Below are positions 12,232 to 26,502 of a stretch of DNA of 64,000 nucleotides, piece by piece. Under the pieces are notes generated by a model that was given only the letters and a program-made list of their open reading frames with translations, was not told where the DNA came from and made no database searches. Origin of the DNA: Escherichia coli (lineage in GTDB: Bacteria > Pseudomonadota > Gammaproteobacteria > Enterobacterales > Enterobacteriaceae); NCBI RefSeq assembly GCF_013315695.1, contig NZ_CP054353.1; one strand, given 5' to 3'. A program made the position numbers and the translations under genes. Numbering within the stretch: position 1 is the first letter of the stretch; the number at the start of each line of letters is the position of its first letter.

Positions 12232-12780
12232 CTACCAGTGCCGTGCTGGCCCGGTATCAATATGCACAAAGTTACTACGTGGGTAATATCCTACACCACC
12301 TGCGCGCATAGATAACGCGGCTTTGCGAATATTGCTTAACGCGATACCTTCAATATGGAAATCCATCGCCTGCCCTTTCGTGTGATAGCTTTTCTTCGCT
12401 ACTCCACGGCTGCGGGCGCGTAGTTCATTGTTGGTATCAATGGAACGATAACCGGAAATGAGTTGCACCGGTTTGCGGGTACCTAATAACCCTTGCAGGC
12501 GATACAACTGATCGAACAATCCTGGGTCGATGGACTTTATTTTGTTCGCGCGGTAATCGCGGAAAAAATGGTTAAGTTTTGCCAATTCTTCCTGAATATA
12601 GCCTCTGCCATCGAAAAACTCCGCTTTGATTGACTCTCCGGTATGAAGATTATTGAGTGTCAAAATGCGCGGGCGTGGGGTAGAGAGTGTTGCAAACGCA
12701 GGGGTCGGCAGGATGGCGGCACCGAGTGCAACGCCACCAAGCGCCAGCAGTTTGCGGCGATTAGCGTCGAATTTGTCCAT
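12232..12780 (-). CDS. mepK: peptidoglycan L,D-endopeptidase (Tat-secreted, peptidase M15 family)
   Basis: ORF with a twin-arginine signal (NRRKLLALGGVALGAAILPTPAFA); start taken at MDKFD; position matches ycbK/mepK. Confidence 0.82.
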   Translation of the reverse strand: MDKFDANRRKLLALGGVALGAAILPTPAFATLSTPRPRILTLNNLHTGESIKAEFFDGRGYIQEELAKLNHFFRDYRANKIKSIDPGLFDQLYRLQGLLGTRKPVQLISGYRSIDTNNELRARSRGVAKKSYHTKGQAMDFHIEGIALSNIRKAALSMRAGGVGYYPRSNFVHIDTGPARHW

Positions 12781-12960
12781 GATAATCAAGTCTACAGGTC
12801 AATGTTATCGTTTATATGCACTTCTGGCGCACAAGAGGCACCTTAACCGTCAGTAAAGCTGACGTCAAGATGACTCAACCCCAGCAGTGACGGGGGCTGC
12901 AGAGAATCGCCCCCGATCATGCTAATTATTACGACAACTGATTTCCCCGAACTGCTTCAT

Positions 12961-14808
12961 TTACCTGATTAATTGTTCCGCTTTCGATACGATTTGCGAG
13001 CTGGATCGCGCAGGCAGATCATAATTGTAAATATCTGTACGATACTGGGTACGACCATCTGCACCAACAAAGGCCGTCAGGTAGTAGAGATTCACCGGAA
13101 TCGACTGCCGAATATTGACGTAACGCGTATCGCCCTGCTTCAGCGCATCAGAAATACGTTTGTCATTCCATCCTGCATCCTGCAACAGCATATTCGCCAG
13201 ATCGGAAGCTTTATTCACTCGTACACAGCCTGAGCTCAATGCGCGTGTATCACGTTTGAACAGATTGTGGTTCGGCGTGTCATGCAAATAAATGGCCTCT
13301 GAACTCGGCATATTGAATTTATAGCGCCCCAGCGAGTTCCGTGGGCCTGGAGCCTGCTGGAAGCGAAACGGTAAATTCGAGGCCGTGATTGTAGACCAGT
13401 CAACCTGCCATGGGTCAATCGCTTCTCTGTTGTTCCAGCCGCGCATCACCGTATAGCCATGGCTTTCGAGATACCCAGGATCATTGCGCACTTTCGGCAG
13501 AATATCTTTGCGTGCCAGAGTTGGTGGTACGTTCCACGGCGGGTTTACCACTACGTTGTTAAGTGCACTGCTCATCATCGGCGTTTTGCGATCGGGGCGA
13601 CCGACAATGACTCGCGAATCCAGCACCTGATTGCCGTTCTGATAGTAGACCAGCGAATAGGCTGGAATGTTAACCATGATCCCGGTAGAAAGCTCTGTTG
13701 GCAGCAAGCGCAATCGCTGGATGTTGAGTGCCAACACGCCAGCACGTTGGGCGGGCGTTACGTTTAACCAGTCACGCGTTGCCGGGCCAATAGCACCATC
13801 TGCCCCCAATCCTTGCCATGCCTGAAAACGTTTAACGGCTTCCACCAGTTCATTATCGTAGGCGGCACGAACGGCAGGCGCAGGTTTACTACGAGACGTC
13901 GTTTGCTTGTCCATCGGCTTAGTTTCTGCTGTTTCAACAGTAACAGCGGATGGGCTGACTACCGTGTCAGTTGGCGTGTCATCGCCAGGTAGCGTAATTT
14001 TCGGCCCCCCGTCCAACATGCCTGTGCGTTGCAATATTTCGCGCAACGCCGGTACGTCGTTACTCCACTGCCCTGGGCGCAACGTTGCTTTGCCGGTCAG
14101 TTGGGGCCACGGTTTGGTGTCACTGAGTAAGGCCAGTAACGATTCATGCATCGCTGCATATTGCGGATGCTGCGGTGCCAGACCTGCAACAAACGTCGGC
14201 AATTGACCTTTATCCAGCGCCAGCTGCCATTGGTTAATCACCGAAAGCGGCGGCGTTGAAAGCGCATAAGGTTTACTGCTATATAGCCAGCGAGTGCCTT
14301 TGACCGGAATATTTGCAATGAAATGGAGATAGCCCATCATCGCATCAGAGAGCACGACGTCGCGTGCCATCCCGTTAACACCAGGATCGGTCAGTAACTC
14401 TACCCATTTATTAAACTGCGGCTGGAAACCGGCAATCGCCACTTCTGCCAGCTGTTGCTGGAAGGCTTTAACAGCATCACGGTTTTCCCACATGGGTTGC
14501 ATATCGCGTGCGGCATACAACAGTTGAAGCTGGTTAAGATAAACCGGCTTATAGCCTGCAGGTAATTGAGATTCGATTTGCGTGCGGGCTTTTTCTGCCG
14601 CACCTTCAGGCAATGGCTGGATCCCCGCCATTATTGCCGTGGCCTGCGCCTGCGGCAGTGCCTCGCCCTGTTCGCTGACAGCCACCGGGCTGTCGCCAGG
14701 GATTACTTCAGGCTCATCGGCCTGCGCATTGAACAGTGGAGCGAATGTTACGGCCACGCACAAACTGATTGCCGACAGCCGACGACCACACATCATATTA
14801 AGCAACAT
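12961..14808 (-). CDS. ldtD: L,D-transpeptidase (YkuD domain, peptidoglycan 3-3 cross-linking)
   Basis: 615-aa ORF with signal peptide and a C-terminal YkuD catalytic region (...[25 protein letters not shown]...); matches YcbB/LdtD. Confidence 0.88.
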   Translation of the reverse strand: MLLNMMCGRRLSAISLCVAVTFAPLFNAQADEPEVIPGDSPVAVSEQGEALPQAQATAIMAGIQPLPEGAAEKARTQIESQLPAGYKPVYLNQLQLLYAARDMQPMWENRDAVKAFQQQLAEVAIAGFQPQFNKWVELLTDPGVNGMARDVVLSDAMMGYLHFIANIPVKGTRWLYSSKPYALSTPPLSVINQWQLALDKGQLPTFVAGLAPQHPQYAAMHESLLALLSDTKPWPQLTGKATLRPGQWSNDVPALREILQRTGMLDGGPKITLPGDDTPTDTVVSPSAVTVETAETKPMDKQTTSRSKPAPAVRAAYDNELVEAVKRFQAWQGLGADGAIGPATRDWLNVTPAQRAGVLALNIQRLRLLPTELSTGIMVNIPAYSLVYYQNGNQVLDSRVIVGRPDRKTPMMSSALNNVVVNPPWNVPPTLARKDILPKVRNDPGYLESHGYTVMRGWNNREAIDPWQVDWSTITASNLPFRFQQAPGPRNSLGRYKFNMPSSEAIYLHDTPNHNLFKRDTRALSSGCVRVNKASDLANMLLQDAGWNDKRISDALKQGDTRYVNIRQSIPVNLYYLTAFVGADGRTQYRTDIYNYDLPARSSSQIVSKAEQLIR

Positions 14809-15044
14809 CCCTTGCCCCCTGTTTTTATCATACTCTGAATAGCCAGGCTGTTATTTTACGACTTGCCTGTACAACGCCAATACTCACGAAAGTATGACGA
14901 GCAAGCCTGTTACTCATCAGGCTTATCTTCAGTATATAAACGCCGATACGTTTTTACATAACCTAATGTAAAGAAGTTTAAAGAAAAGCGCGCCAGAATG
15001 TGGCACTTTTTTAGTGCAGAAACGGAGTTTTCAGAAACAGGAAA

Positions 15045-15062
15045 GGCGGCATCGCTGCCGCC
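15045..15062 (-). terminator. hairpin just downstream of the mukB stop
   Basis: Perfect GGCGGCATCGCTGCCGCC palindrome 7 bp after the mukB stop codon. Confidence 0.5.
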
Positions 15063-15068
15063 TCAATC

Positions 15069-18000
15069 TTAGCTCGCCTGGGAAGGCGCTTCGTCAGTTC
15101 CTGGAAGTGTTTCAGGGAGTTGCGGTGCAAAGCCACGCAGGCCGACGACGTGAACGTGTTCGGTATTCTGGAAGACTTTACGTACCAGTTTATAGGTGGT
15201 GCCTTTTTCCGGACTGATATTTTCCGGCGCTGCGATGATGAGCTGCATTTGCAAACGCTCACACAATTCAAACAGCGTGGCGATGGAACGAGCATCCAGT
15301 CGCGCTGCTTCATCAAGGAACAGCAGACGGCAAGGAGAGATATCTTTACCGCGCAAGCGGCGAGATTCATCTTCCCAACTCTGTACCACCATCACCAGAA
15401 TCGACATACCGGTACCAATAGCCTCACCGGTCGACAATGCACCAGACTCCGCGCGCAACCAGCCATCGGAACCACGGTTAACCTCAACTTCCATTTCCAG
15501 ATAGTTGCGGTAATCCAGCAGTTCTTCGCCAATGGTCTGCGGCGTGCGTTGCCCCATATCAATCTGCGGATTAAGACGCTGATACAGTTTCGCCAGCGCT
15601 TCTGAGAAGGTCAGACGGTTGCTGTTAAACAGATCCTGATGTTGCTCATGCTGTTCAGAGAGCACATCCAGCAGCATGGCGTGCGTTTCACGCACGTTCA
15701 CGTTGAGACGCACGCTGTTCACCTGGCCAAACGATACGCTCTGCAAGCCCTGGTTGAGCATACGGATACGGTTCTGCTCGCGCTGAATGGTTTTGCGAAT
15801 AATGTTCGCCACGCTGCGGGAACTGATCGCCAGTTTCTGTTCGCGGGAGGTTAACTCTTCGGTCAGACGGCTAAGTTCGATCTCCATCTGTTCGATAGCT
15901 TCCACCGGATCATCGGTACGAATAATATCCTGACGAATACGTTCACGCAGATGCTGATAAACCGCCACGAAGAACTGAATTTTACGTTCCGGACGTTTTG
16001 GATCTTCCGACATACGCAGCACGTCGCGCAGATGTTCGTTATCCGCCACCGCCAGACGCAGCGCACCTAACGCCTTATCCGACATGGAACGCAAATCATC
16101 AGCGGAGAGATAAGCCAGCTCACGACGGTGTAAGCGGCGCTCAACGCCGTTATCTTTCACCATGCGCATGACTGCACACCAGCCCGCTTTCGCGGTCACT
16201 ACCTGCTCGCGCATCTCAAAGTAATCCCGCTCCAGCTTGCGCAGTTTGCGGGTCAGGTTGTCCATCTCTGCTTCGCAGAAGGTAAGCGCTTTTTCCAGTT
16301 GATTGCGGCGTGAACGGTTATTGCTCAGTTGCGCGTGCAACTCGTCACGGCGAATACGCGCCCGCTCTTCTGCCCCGCTATCAGCACGCACGCCGATATC
16401 CTGCAATTCACGTTGCAGATCGTTGAGTAGCTCTTTTTTGGTGTCGTAAGAACTTTTCAGCGAAGCCAGCACCTGGTTGTACTGACTCAACTGCGCTGCG
16501 TGTCCGCGCAACGCTTCACGCGCGCGGGTACGCTCCGCTTCCGCCTGTTCCAGACGTTCACGCAGTTTTTCGTTGAGATCGCTGTTACCGCTAAGCATTT
16601 CTGCCGAGTCAGAGTAGCTAAAGTGCGCACGACGCTGCACCACTTCCGTCAGGGCAAACGCCTGCTGACGGGCATCGCGCTGCATCTGCTGAGAGTACGC
16701 GTAATCTTCTTTTAATTGTTCGAACTGTTCCGGGTCACTCTGCAATACCGAAACGATCGGTTCCAGTTTCGCCAGTTGATTACCGAACTGCTGAACAAAA
16801 CGCGCGGCTTCCTGGGCTTCATCCAGACGTTCGCGGATTTCATCGACGCGATCCGCCAGGCTGTCATCAGCCAACAAGTTGAGACGCGGCAGAATGCGGT
16901 TCAGCGCCGTAACACCCTCTTTCGCCTGCTCAAACTGAATACGCTGCTGCTGGTTATCATTTTCATGATTACTCAACGCCCGCTCCAGTTCGACGCGACG
17001 GCTGTTCAGTTGACGGATTTCGGCTTCCGGATCAGACTCAAACGCCACCGCCAGGTGGCTGCCGATAAAGCGGCTGAACGCCTGATGCAGACGCTGGGTT
17101 TTCTGTACATCAAAGGAGAGCGTGGCGAAGCGTTCGGAAAGCACTTCACGCTCGGCATGGAGGCTTTCAATACGGCTTTCACGCGCAGCACGACCAAACA
17201 GCGGCACTTCCGGGAAACGTGAATAACGCCACTGACGATCGGCGATTTTCACCACCACCGCTTTTTCCAGCTCATCAACGCTGAACACGCTGTCATCGAA
17301 TGACTGCGGATCCCCTTCGATCAGATAGAGATCTTCCGGGCAATCGGTCAAGCCTTCCAGGTGTTCGGTTACCTGTGACAGATCTGGCACCACGATGGCG
17401 TGGCGTGACGGGCCATACAGCGCTGAGAAGTACGGCGCATCTTCCAGGCTAACGTCGTCATAAATTTCTGACAGCAGCACGCCGCCAAAACGCTCCGCCA
17501 GCGCATTCAGACGCTGGTCTTCAGAACCACCTGGCTGGCTTAAACGTTCGATCTCTTCATCGACGGCGTTTTTGCGCGCGCCTACTTCATCGCGTTCAAC
17601 AATGGCTTCGCGCTCACGCTCCAGCAACTGTTGCAGATATTCGGTGACATCCTGGCTGGAGGAGAACTCTTCGCCGCACTGTTCGCTCAACTGGTTGAGA
17701 CTGTTTTGCGCAGCCAGCCAAACCGGCGCACGCCGCATCAAACTCTGAATGCGAGACTGCAGCTGTTCCTGCTCCTGGCGCAGTGTCATCCGCTCTTCAC
17801 GGGCGTTAGACACGCTATCGGAAAGAGAGGCAATGCGTGCTTCCAGCTCCTGATGCAGAGCTTCCAGCTCGTCAATGTCAAAATTCTTGCCCTGACGTTT
17901 GCAGAAATCTGCCAGCAGACGCTCAGCTTCTTGCTGCTCACGCAGACGCTGTTCCAGTTCGCTTAAGCGCATCCGCAACGGCTGAACCTGCTCTGCCAGG

Positions 18001-19529
18001 TGACGCTGATCGACCCCTTCGCGCAATAGTTCGCGAGCGACATCCCACGCCTCGTTACGCGCCAGCGGGCCGTTGATTGCCACCACCAGCTGATAAGCCT
18101 GCTCAAACTGGCTGTGCGCGGTTTGCGCCATGCTCATTTTCTGCTCAAGAGAGAGCATTTTTTCGGTCGCTTCCAGCTCTTTCGCCTGGAAGGTTTCCAG
18201 CCATTCGGCGGCGCTGTCGGCGGTTAAGTCCGGCAGATGGCACAGTTCTTTGGCACGATTAAGCGCAGCAATCGCCTGGTTATACTGGATCGCGCGCGTT
18301 TGCTGGACGTCCAGCGCCTGCTGGTAGTCAGCAAGCTGGCTTTTCAGCTCGTCCACTTCCAGTTCGGCAGCTTCCGCACGAGCCTCGTTCTCTTCCTGGC
18401 GTTCGATGGCTTCTGCCACCACTTCGTTTTGCTCTTCCAGACGGATCTGCAGCTCATCGAGATCCGCTTCGTAGCGTTCGATCTTCTCCTGCTGACGCAG
18501 TGCGGTTTGCACCAGGTTCAGGTGATCGCTGGCCGCCTGATAATCTGCTTCCAGATCGCCTTCGGCACCGTTGTGCTCTGCCAGCTCACGCGCCATATCG
18601 ACGTGTTTGTAATGCTCAGCCGCCAGTTGCTGACGCGAAGTGTGTAGCTCGCGACGAAACTCCAGGGCTTTGTCGAGATGGACACGGCGCTCGTTGGCGT
18701 GACGCATGTAGTCCGCCGCCACGTAGTTGGTGGCTTCGCTAATCAGATGCTTAAACAGGTCGCGGTCCGACTGGGTGACACGAATCGCTTCCAGCGTCAT
18801 GCGGTTTTCGCGCAGCGCCGCTTCCATGTCCTGGAACGCTTTCCGCACGCCGCTGTTTTCCGGCAACAGGTAGTCGCGCAGAGAGCGCGTAATGGCGCTG
18901 GAGATCCCGCCGTACAGCGAAGCTTCGATCAGACGATAGAATTTACTACGGTCAGACGCTGAGCGCAGACGACGCGCGATGATGCCCAGATCGAACATCA
19001 GCGAGTGGTAATCGGTAATGGAGTTGAACTGTTTAAACTGCACGCCTTCCATCGCCTCGAGCTTGTCTTTCAGCTCGTTAAGCGGCAGCACGCGCGCCTG
19101 ACGTTCGCTCAGGGTTTCGGTCACCAGTTGTGTCGGCTGCACCGACATCGGTAAACCCTGAATGGCAAACGGTTTGATATCCACTTTACGATCGCGTCCG
19201 GCAACCTGTTGCAGACGCACACCGACCACCACGCGCTGGTGGCGCGAGTTAATGGTGTCGAGCATCGAATAACAGACACCCGCTTTCAGCTTACCGTGCA
19301 GACCTTTATCGCGCGAACCGCTGGTGGCCCCGGCTTCCGTGGTGTTACGGAAATGCAGCAGGGTCAGGTCGGGGATCAGCGCCGTAACGAACGCCGCCAT
19401 GGTGGTGGATTTACCCGCCCCGTTACCGCCAGAAAGCGTCGTGACCAGCTCGTCAAGGTCAAAAGTTCGGGCAAAAAAGCCGTTCCAGTTAATCAGCGTC
19501 AGTGAGCGAAATTTACCGCGTTCAATCAT
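15069..19529 (-). CDS. mukB: chromosome partition protein MukB (SMC-like condensin)
   Basis: 1486-aa ORF with N-terminal Walker A (GGNGAGKST), long coiled coils, and a C-terminal head. Confidence 0.96.
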   Translation of the reverse strand: MIERGKFRSLTLINWNGFFARTFDLDELVTTLSGGNGAGKSTTMAAFVTALIPDLTLLHFRNTTEAGATSGSRDKGLHGKLKAGVCYSMLDTINSRHQRVVVGVRLQQVAGRDRKVDIKPFAIQGLPMSVQPTQLVTETLSERQARVLPLNELKDKLEAMEGVQFKQFNSITDYHSLMFDLGIIARRLRSASDRSKFYRLIEASLYGGISSAITRSLRDYLLPENSGVRKAFQDMEAALRENRMTLEAIRVTQSDRDLFKHLISEATNYVAADYMRHANERRVHLDKALEFRRELHTSRQQLAAEHYKHVDMARELAEHNGAEGDLEADYQAASDHLNLVQTALRQQEKIERYEADLDELQIRLEEQNEVVAEAIERQEENEARAEAAELEVDELKSQLADYQQALDVQQTRAIQYNQAIAALNRAKELCHLPDLTADSAAEWLETFQAKELEATEKMLSLEQKMSMAQTAHSQFEQAYQLVVAINGPLARNEAWDVARELLREGVDQRHLAEQVQPLRMRLSELEQRLREQQEAERLLADFCKRQGKNFDIDELEALHQELEARIASLSDSVSNAREERMTLRQEQEQLQSRIQSLMRRAPVWLAAQNSLNQLSEQCGEEFSSSQDVTEYLQQLLEREREAIVERDEVGARKNAVDEEIERLSQPGGSEDQRLNALAERFGGVLLSEIYDDVSLEDAPYFSALYGPSRHAIVVPDLSQVTEHLEGLTDCPEDLYLIEGDPQSFDDSVFSVDELEKAVVVKIADRQWRYSRFPEVPLFGRAARESRIESLHAEREVLSERFATLSFDVQKTQRLHQAFSRFIGSHLAVAFESDPEAEIRQLNSRRVELERALSNHENDNQQQRIQFEQAKEGVTALNRILPRLNLLADDSLADRVDEIRERLDEAQEAARFVQQFGNQLAKLEPIVSVLQSDPEQFEQLKEDYAYSQQMQRDARQQAFALTEVVQRRAHFSYSDSAEMLSGNSDLNEKLRERLEQAEAERTRAREALRGHAAQLSQYNQVLASLKSSYDTKKELLNDLQRELQDIGVRADSGAEERARIRRDELHAQLSNNRSRRNQLEKALTFCEAEMDNLTRKLRKLERDYFEMREQVVTAKAGWCAVMRMVKDNGVERRLHRRELAYLSADDLRSMSDKALGALRLAVADNEHLRDVLRMSEDPKRPERKIQFFVAVYQHLRERIRQDIIRTDDPVEAIEQMEIELSRLTEELTSREQKLAISSRSVANIIRKTIQREQNRIRMLNQGLQSVSFGQVNSVRLNVNVRETHAMLLDVLSEQHEQHQDLFNSNRLTFSEALAKLYQRLNPQIDMGQRTPQTIGEELLDYRNYLEMEVEVNRGSDGWLRAESGALSTGEAIGTGMSILVMVVQSWEDESRRLRGKDISPCRLLFLDEAARLDARSIATLFELCERLQMQLIIAAPENISPEKGTTYKLVRKVFQNTEHVHVVGLRGFAPQLPETLPGTDEAPSQAS

Positions 19530-20233
19530 TATTCTTCCTCTCCGCTATCTGGCTGATTCTCTTCGGTTTCATCGTTGAGTTGCAGATGATTTTCAATCGG
19601 CATTGCTTCGCCATCACGAATCAGGCGACGCTGTGCTTCACGGGGATCGTCGCCAGCACGCACATCGGCTCCGAAGCGGAACACCGATTCGGTAATGCGG
19701 AACTTGCTGCTGTCGTGGCCCATAAACCACACCATACCCAAACGACGCAGACGGTTGAGCGAAGAACGTACTTTCTCCTGCAACTTCTGGCGGTCAACGT
19801 CTGAACCGGTTGAACGGTTGTTCACCAGTTTCAGCAGTTTCGCTTCATCGGCCAGGGTGAGCAGTTCGTCGTACAGTTCCTGCTGGGTGAAAATCCCCTC
19901 GTTCGCCAGCCGTTCCGGGCTGAGATAGAGATAACAGAGGATTTTCCCGACCATCATATCCAGTTCCGACAAGACGGAACGCGGGATAAGAGTGGTGGAA
20001 CGTGGGCGTAAATAGAAGAACCCTTCCGGTGCGCGAATAAGCTCAACGTTATAACGCGCGTAAAACTCTTCCAGATATTCCTGAAAATCCATCAGGAATG
20101 CATGATTATCCAGTTCGTCGAGGCCAATATGGCGGCCTGAACGTAAGGCGCTATCCAGCGCCGGAAATAACGGATTCGCCAGCGCCTGCGCCAGCTTAAC
20201 CGGCATCACTTGTTCAATATTTGTCGATGACAT
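19529..20233 (-). CDS. mukE: chromosome partition protein MukE
   Basis: ORF overlapping the mukB start; start chosen at [14 protein letters not shown] (234 aa). The track ORF extends to 20260 in frame. Confidence 0.88.
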
Positions 20234-21536
20234 GCGCCTGTACCTTGGCTCCGTAATCATTAATCGGCTGCCATTTCGCTGGCAGTCCGGTGAAATCTGC
20301 TTGCGCTACGCCAAGACGTACCGCCTGATCAATAACAATGCGCGCAACGTCAAAGTGACGTGCACGCGGATACTGTGACAGATATTCGCGTACCACCAGA
20401 CCAAGATCCAGCGGCACTTGTCTGGTTTTGTACACGGCAAGTTGTTCTTCAATGATCGCCGCCAGCTGTTCGCGGATCTCGTTAAACTCTTCGTACTCCA
20501 GATCCTCAGGAAGTTCCCCAGTCACTTCTTCATCGCGCAGTGCCATCTCTTCGTCACGCATATCCAGCAGACGATCGGCATTGGCATAAGTTAGCGCCCA
20601 CGGCTCATCAAAATAGGTTTGTACCGACTGACGTAACCGCTGAGCAAAGACGCGGTTTTTATCCATATCGATTGCGGTACGGATAAATTTGTGTACGTGG
20701 CGGTCGTAGCCAATCCACAAGTCGATGGATTGCTGGCCCCAACTGATAATACGGTCAAGTTTGCTCTGCAGATCGAACACCAGACGATCGACAAAATGCA
20801 GATCGTCATGGGTCATCGTCGCATCCTGAATGCGCAACAGATTAGCCTGCAATTTGTCGCCTGCCGCTTCCAGCGTATCCTGCAATTCACGCAGCGTTCC
20901 GGAAGTTTCCGAAAGCAACAATTCACAGCTGGAGATCGCCGCCCGCCAGTCTTTGTTCAGCAACTGGGCGATATCGTCCTTCACCTGCTGCTGCTGTTCG
21001 TCCATCAGACGTTGCGTCAGGTCGATACTGTCGAAAATTTCTGCTACCGAATATTTCAGTGGCGCATAAACATTACGGTGCCAGTGAAATTCATCACCGC
21101 CCTCTTCGGCGGCATCTGCCGCGCGTTTGAGCTCACCCGCCACAATCGACAACTGCATAGAAAGGCGCAGCGTAGAAAACTCGCGCTGACGGATGTAATA
21201 GTCAGTAATGCCGATGCCGAGCGGCGTCAGACGGTAAATTGCGTTCCCTTCCGCCTGCTCGCTGGTAAAGCGGTTCAGCAGACGTTGACGCACCATGTCG
21301 TTGATCGCGTTGTTGGCACGCACGCCGATGGTTTCGCTGGTTTGCTCAAACGCATCACTCACATGGCGGAATGCATCCACCAGCTCGCCTTCACTCATCT
21401 CACCATCCAGACGCTCTCCGTTCAGCGTGGCAACCGCCAGCAGAAAAGAGAGTCGGTCTACCGGCAGCGAGATGGAGAAGTCATTTTTTCTGGCCCAGGC
21501 AACCAGTTCGGGGACTGTCTGGGAAAATTCACTCAT
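20214..21536 (-). CDS. mukF: chromosome partition protein MukF (kleisin)
   Basis: 440-aa ORF ([33 protein letters not shown]...) matching MukF; upstream of mukE and mukB. Confidence 0.95.
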
Positions 21537-22318
21537 ACTTTATCCTTGCTCTGCGGTTTGCGCGCGGTGACATGAATATAACGCCCCAGGGTAATATACG
21601 GTTCCTGACGGCAATAACGCGTTTCTAATTCAAGTAATGCTTCATAGCAGTCGCGCTGCTGGTGCTTCTCGCGCAGATAATCATGAAACACACGAACGCC
21701 TGTCTTACCCATAATTTGCCAACCAGCTTCTTCCAGCCACAGATAAACCTGCGCCGGGTCGCGTGGATAATCTGGCGAAAGCGTCCGTTTTTTCTTTTTC
21801 GGCATTCCCGCCTGCACGTAATCAAAATTCCCGGCGACCATGTTATGCATCAGCAAGCCGTGCGCATTGTAGAACATTAACGACAACACGCCGCCTGGAC
21901 GCAACACTGACCACAGGGTCTGTAATACGCTGCGGGGATCGGCCACCCACTCGAGCACCGCATGGAACAATATCAGATCAACGGGCGTTTCCAAATGCGA
22001 AGCAACATCCTGAGCGGCGCAATGTATAAATTGCATGTTGTCGCTCACACCTTTTGCTTCTGCCGCCTGTTTTGCGCGGTCGATCATCTGCGCAGAAAGA
22101 TCGCATAAAATGACCTGATGCCCGCGCTCAGCCATTTTGATTGCGGTCTGCCCTTCTCCACCGCCAGCATCCAGCACACGCAGTTTTTGCGGGCCCATTT
22201 CCGCCAGCACGCGATCGAGATCCTGCCACAGAATAGCCTGTCGAAGCTGCCCTTTGGTGGTGCCGTAAATGTTACGGGAAAACTTTTCCGCAATATCATC
22301 AAAATTGCGATCCTGCAT
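21533..22318 (-). CDS. cmoM: SAM-dependent tRNA cmo5U methyltransferase
   Basis: Methyltransferase ORF ([13 protein letters not shown]...[10 protein letters not shown]...) directly upstream of mukF with a 4-bp overlap; matches smtA/cmoM. Confidence 0.85.
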
Positions 22319-22453
22319 TGCTTTCTCCACCGGTTGGCTAAGACGTTTTCTGATAAAGACGCTATTTTGTCACAGCCACGGCGAGAATGAACCCGTCTGG
22401 TGTAATATCGCTGGCGATCCCTTGCTATATGGTTAAAAAAGGAACCAGAAAGG

Positions 22454-23233
22454 ATGCTTTTTACACTGAAAAAAGTGATTGGCAATATGTTGCTGCCACT
22501 TCCGCTGATGTTGTTGATTATTGGCGCTGGCCTGGCGCTGCTGTGGTTTAGCCGTTTTCAAAAAACCGGGAAGATTTTTATTAGCATTGGGTGGCTGGCG
22601 CTCTTGTTATTGAGTTTGCAACCGGTAGCCGACCGCCTGCTGCGTCCCATCGAAAGCACCTATCCGACATGGAATAATTCGCAAAAAGTGGACTATATCG
22701 TGGTGCTCGGAGGCGGTTATACCTGGAACCCACAGTGGGCACCGAGTTCGAATTTAATCAATAACAGTCTGCCACGCCTGAATGAAGGTATTCGCTTATG
22801 GCGCGAAAATCCGGGATCAAAACTGATCTTCACGGGAGGCGTAGCAAAAACCAATACGGTGAGTACAGCGGAAGTAGGTGCCAGAGTTGCGCAATCGCTG
22901 GGCGTACCGCGCGAGCAAATTATCACCCTGGATTTGCCAAAAGATACCGAAGAAGAAGCTGCGGCAGTGAAACAGGCGATTGGTGACGCACCTTTCCTGC
23001 TGGTGACATCTGCGTCTCATTTGCCGCGGGCGATGATCTTTTTTCAGCAGGAAGGGTTAAATCCGCTACCAGCCCCGGCGAATCAGTTGGCCATCGACTC
23101 GCCGCTTAACCCGTGGGAACGGGCAATCCCTTCTCCGGTCTGGTTGATGCATAGCGATCGTGTTGGCTATGAAACGCTTGGCCGCATCTGGCAGTGGCTA
23201 AAAGGTTCGTCAGGCGAGCCACGGCAAGAGTGA
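22454..23233 (+). CDS. elyC: envelope biogenesis factor (DUF218 membrane protein)
   Basis: 259-aa ORF with an N-terminal TM helix and DUF218-like body; divergent from cmoM as for ycbC/elyC. Confidence 0.82.
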   Translation: MLFTLKKVIGNMLLPLPLMLLIIGAGLALLWFSRFQKTGKIFISIGWLALLLLSLQPVADRLLRPIESTYPTWNNSQKVDYIVVLGGGYTWNPQWAPSSNLINNSLPRLNEGIRLWRENPGSKLIFTGGVAKTNTVSTAEVGARVAQSLGVPREQIITLDLPKDTEEEAAAVKQAIGDAPFLLVTSASHLPRAMIFFQQEGLNPLPAPANQLAIDSPLNPWERAIPSPVWLMHSDRVGYETLGRIWQWLKGSSGEPRQE

Positions 23234-24103
23234 TTTTGATGCCAGATCGAAGTTACGCCGACTAAATCGTCCGGTGTTGACCAGTTGCGCAACTTCATCC
23301 CATAACACATACAACCAACGCCGCCAGATGAACGACTCCGCCACTGGCGCGCGTTGCAGGTAACTCCAGAGCAAATCTTCCGCCAGAGAATTATCCATTA
23401 GTCGGAACAGTTCGTATTCTCGCGGTGCCCAAAGCATTAGTCCCGGTCCGACCATCGCCAGTAACTGATCGCTGCGCGAATCTTTCAGCATGCTGCGTAA
23501 ACAGAAGTTACCGTGAATCAGTACACAATTGTCGTTAAAGCCTTCAAATAATGCCGGGAGACATTCGCGAGTGCGAAACAGGATCCGCTTATCCTGCATC
23601 GTCAGACCGGTGTTATTGAACTGATTGAGCGTGGTCCATAGCACTTCAACATGTTGCCGGTACCATGAGGGCCAGAAATTTTCCTGAGTATTGTCGACCG
23701 CGCCGACGCAACCACGACTGTCCTGACGGTGCCAGGCCAGTAAGGCTTCAACGATTTGATCTTTGAGTTGTTCCCAGCGTTCTGGTGTTCGGGCTGGTGC
23801 CTCCACCGAAACACCACGCATTCGCTCCAGTAGCAGGACATCGGGGCCGGGGTGTTCTTCATGCGTCATCACACCATAAATAGTCGGCATACGGACAGTC
23901 CCACTTCTTGCCAGCATGGTGGTTTTCCATGCCAGTTGTCGGGCTTTTCCGGGCGCACTAAAGCTTCTTGCCATTAACGGCATTGGGTTTCCCTGGCTGT
24001 CATACAAAGCCCACAACGCCGTATCCGCTTTTTCATTGACGCACTCAATACGACTGAGTTTTTCGCCCAGTAAATGGCTTAATTCGGCACGCAGCTGTTC
24101 CAT
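23210..24103 (-). CDS. ycbJ: uncharacterized kinase-like protein YcbJ
   Basis: 297-aa ORF; its 3' end overlaps the elyC 3' end by 24 bp (convergent). Confidence 0.8.
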   Translation of the reverse strand: MEQLRAELSHLLGEKLSRIECVNEKADTALWALYDSQGNPMPLMARSFSAPGKARQLAWKTTMLARSGTVRMPTIYGVMTHEEHPGPDVLLLERMRGVSVEAPARTPERWEQLKDQIVEALLAWHRQDSRGCVGAVDNTQENFWPSWYRQHVEVLWTTLNQFNNTGLTMQDKRILFRTRECLPALFEGFNDNCVLIHGNFCLRSMLKDSRSDQLLAMVGPGLMLWAPREYELFRLMDNSLAEDLLWSYLQRAPVAESFIWRRWLYVLWDEVAQLVNTGRFSRRNFDLASKSLLPWLA

Positions 24104-24256
24104 TCAGATTACCCTCATAAAAGCTACTGCTTTCATAATGAGCGCCAATATAAAAGATGTCACCTGAATGAGATCAATTGTTGAAAAGAAAAATTGAGGA
24201 AAATCGTAACGGTACGACACTCCTCCCAAAATTGGCTGGAGTGTCGTGAAGTGAAA

Positions 24257-25182
<926 letters not shown>

Positions 25183-25233
25183 AGTTCCTCCAGATGGATC
25201 GGGTTATGAATGCATAAATCTTATCATAATCAT

Positions 25234-26466
25234 TTATGCGACGGGGTCTATTTCCCAGCCGGTGCGGCAATCAGTAAAGAGGCCTTGCGGGCAGCGTCCT
25301 AATGTCACCCGCGTTGCCTGCTGCCAGTTAGCGAAATCAGTAATCGCCTGACGTAACCCTTTTTGCAGCGTTGTCGTTGGTTTAATACCTTCCTGTAACC
25401 ACAGAGAGATAACTTCAAGGATGCCTGTCTGGCGATGCATTTTGGCATCCATTCGCCCAACTAATTGCCCACGATGTAATAACGGCAGAACAAAATAGCC
25501 ATACTGGCGTTTCGGCGCTGGGGTATAGCACTCCAGCCGGTAGCTAAAATCAAAAAGCTGCTCTGCGCGTTTGCGATCCCAGACAACAGGATCAAAAGGC
25601 GAAAGTACCGCGCTGTGCGTTGCAGTGAGCTTTCCGGCGAGCGCACGCTCGAGTAGCGGCAGCAAATCAGCATGCAGCCAAAGATTGCCCAATTTTTCAA
25701 CATGCACAGCAATGATTTGCTGCTGTTCAGCCCTCGCTTCGCGCCAAGCCGCCAGTGCCGGACGTTTCAGCCGATAGTAATCTGCCAGCCACTGTTCGCG
25801 GAATATGCCCAGGCTACGCGCACTGTTATCCAGCATGATGATTTCTGCTTCTGTTTGCGAAACGAGATCGCGCTCATCATCCCAGTCAGGCATGACACGG
25901 TGGGTTAAATCATAAACGCGCTGGAAGTTGCGCCGTTCAATCACCATCACCTTTCCGGCAGTAAATAAACCTTCCAGATGCCGTTTATGCGGCTTCCATT
26001 CCCACCAGCCGCTTGCACCTTTACGAGAATGCTCGAAATCGGCTGAACGTACCGGCCCCTTATCATGAATATGCTGAATTAACTGTGCAATTTCCGCCGC
26101 ATGTTCCTGCATCCAGGCGTCTTTGTATTTCCAGCCCATTTTTTCAGGTGCCAGCATGCGGTGGCGAATAAGACGAAAGTCGCTACGCGGCATAAAGCAG
26201 GCTTCATGCGCCCAGTATTCCATTAATTCGCCACGCGCCAGAGACTCATCCAGCCACTGGGCAGGATAATTTCCCAGACGACTGAAAAGCACCAGATATG
26301 GGCTACGGGCAACAATATTAATGGTATCGATTTGCAGCAAGGACATGCGGGAGATCGTTGCCGGAATATCCTCCAACGACGCTCGACGGCGGGGTTTGTT
26401 TAACAGGCCTTGCGCGGCGAGGTGAAGATTACGCGCATCAGCAAGAGAGAGGTGCGGCAGCGACAT
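25234..26466 (-). CDS. ycaQ: winged-helix DNA glycosylase-like protein YcaQ
   Basis: 410-aa ORF between lpxK and ycaR, same strand, as in the msbA-lpxK-ycaQ-ycaR-kdsB cluster. Confidence 0.85.
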   Translation of the reverse strand: MSLPHLSLADARNLHLAAQGLLNKPRRRASLEDIPATISRMSLLQIDTINIVARSPYLVLFSRLGNYPAQWLDESLARGELMEYWAHEACFMPRSDFRLIRHRMLAPEKMGWKYKDAWMQEHAAEIAQLIQHIHDKGPVRSADFEHSRKGASGWWEWKPHKRHLEGLFTAGKVMVIERRNFQRVYDLTHRVMPDWDDERDLVSQTEAEIIMLDNSARSLGIFREQWLADYYRLKRPALAAWREARAEQQQIIAVHVEKLGNLWLHADLLPLLERALAGKLTATHSAVLSPFDPVVWDRKRAEQLFDFSYRLECYTPAPKRQYGYFVLPLLHRGQLVGRMDAKMHRQTGILEVISLWLQEGIKPTTTLQKGLRQAITDFANWQQATRVTLGRCPQGLFTDCRTGWEIDPVA

Positions 26467-26502
26467 TCATGACTCCATCAATCGAACGCTGCCGCGGCGT
26501 AA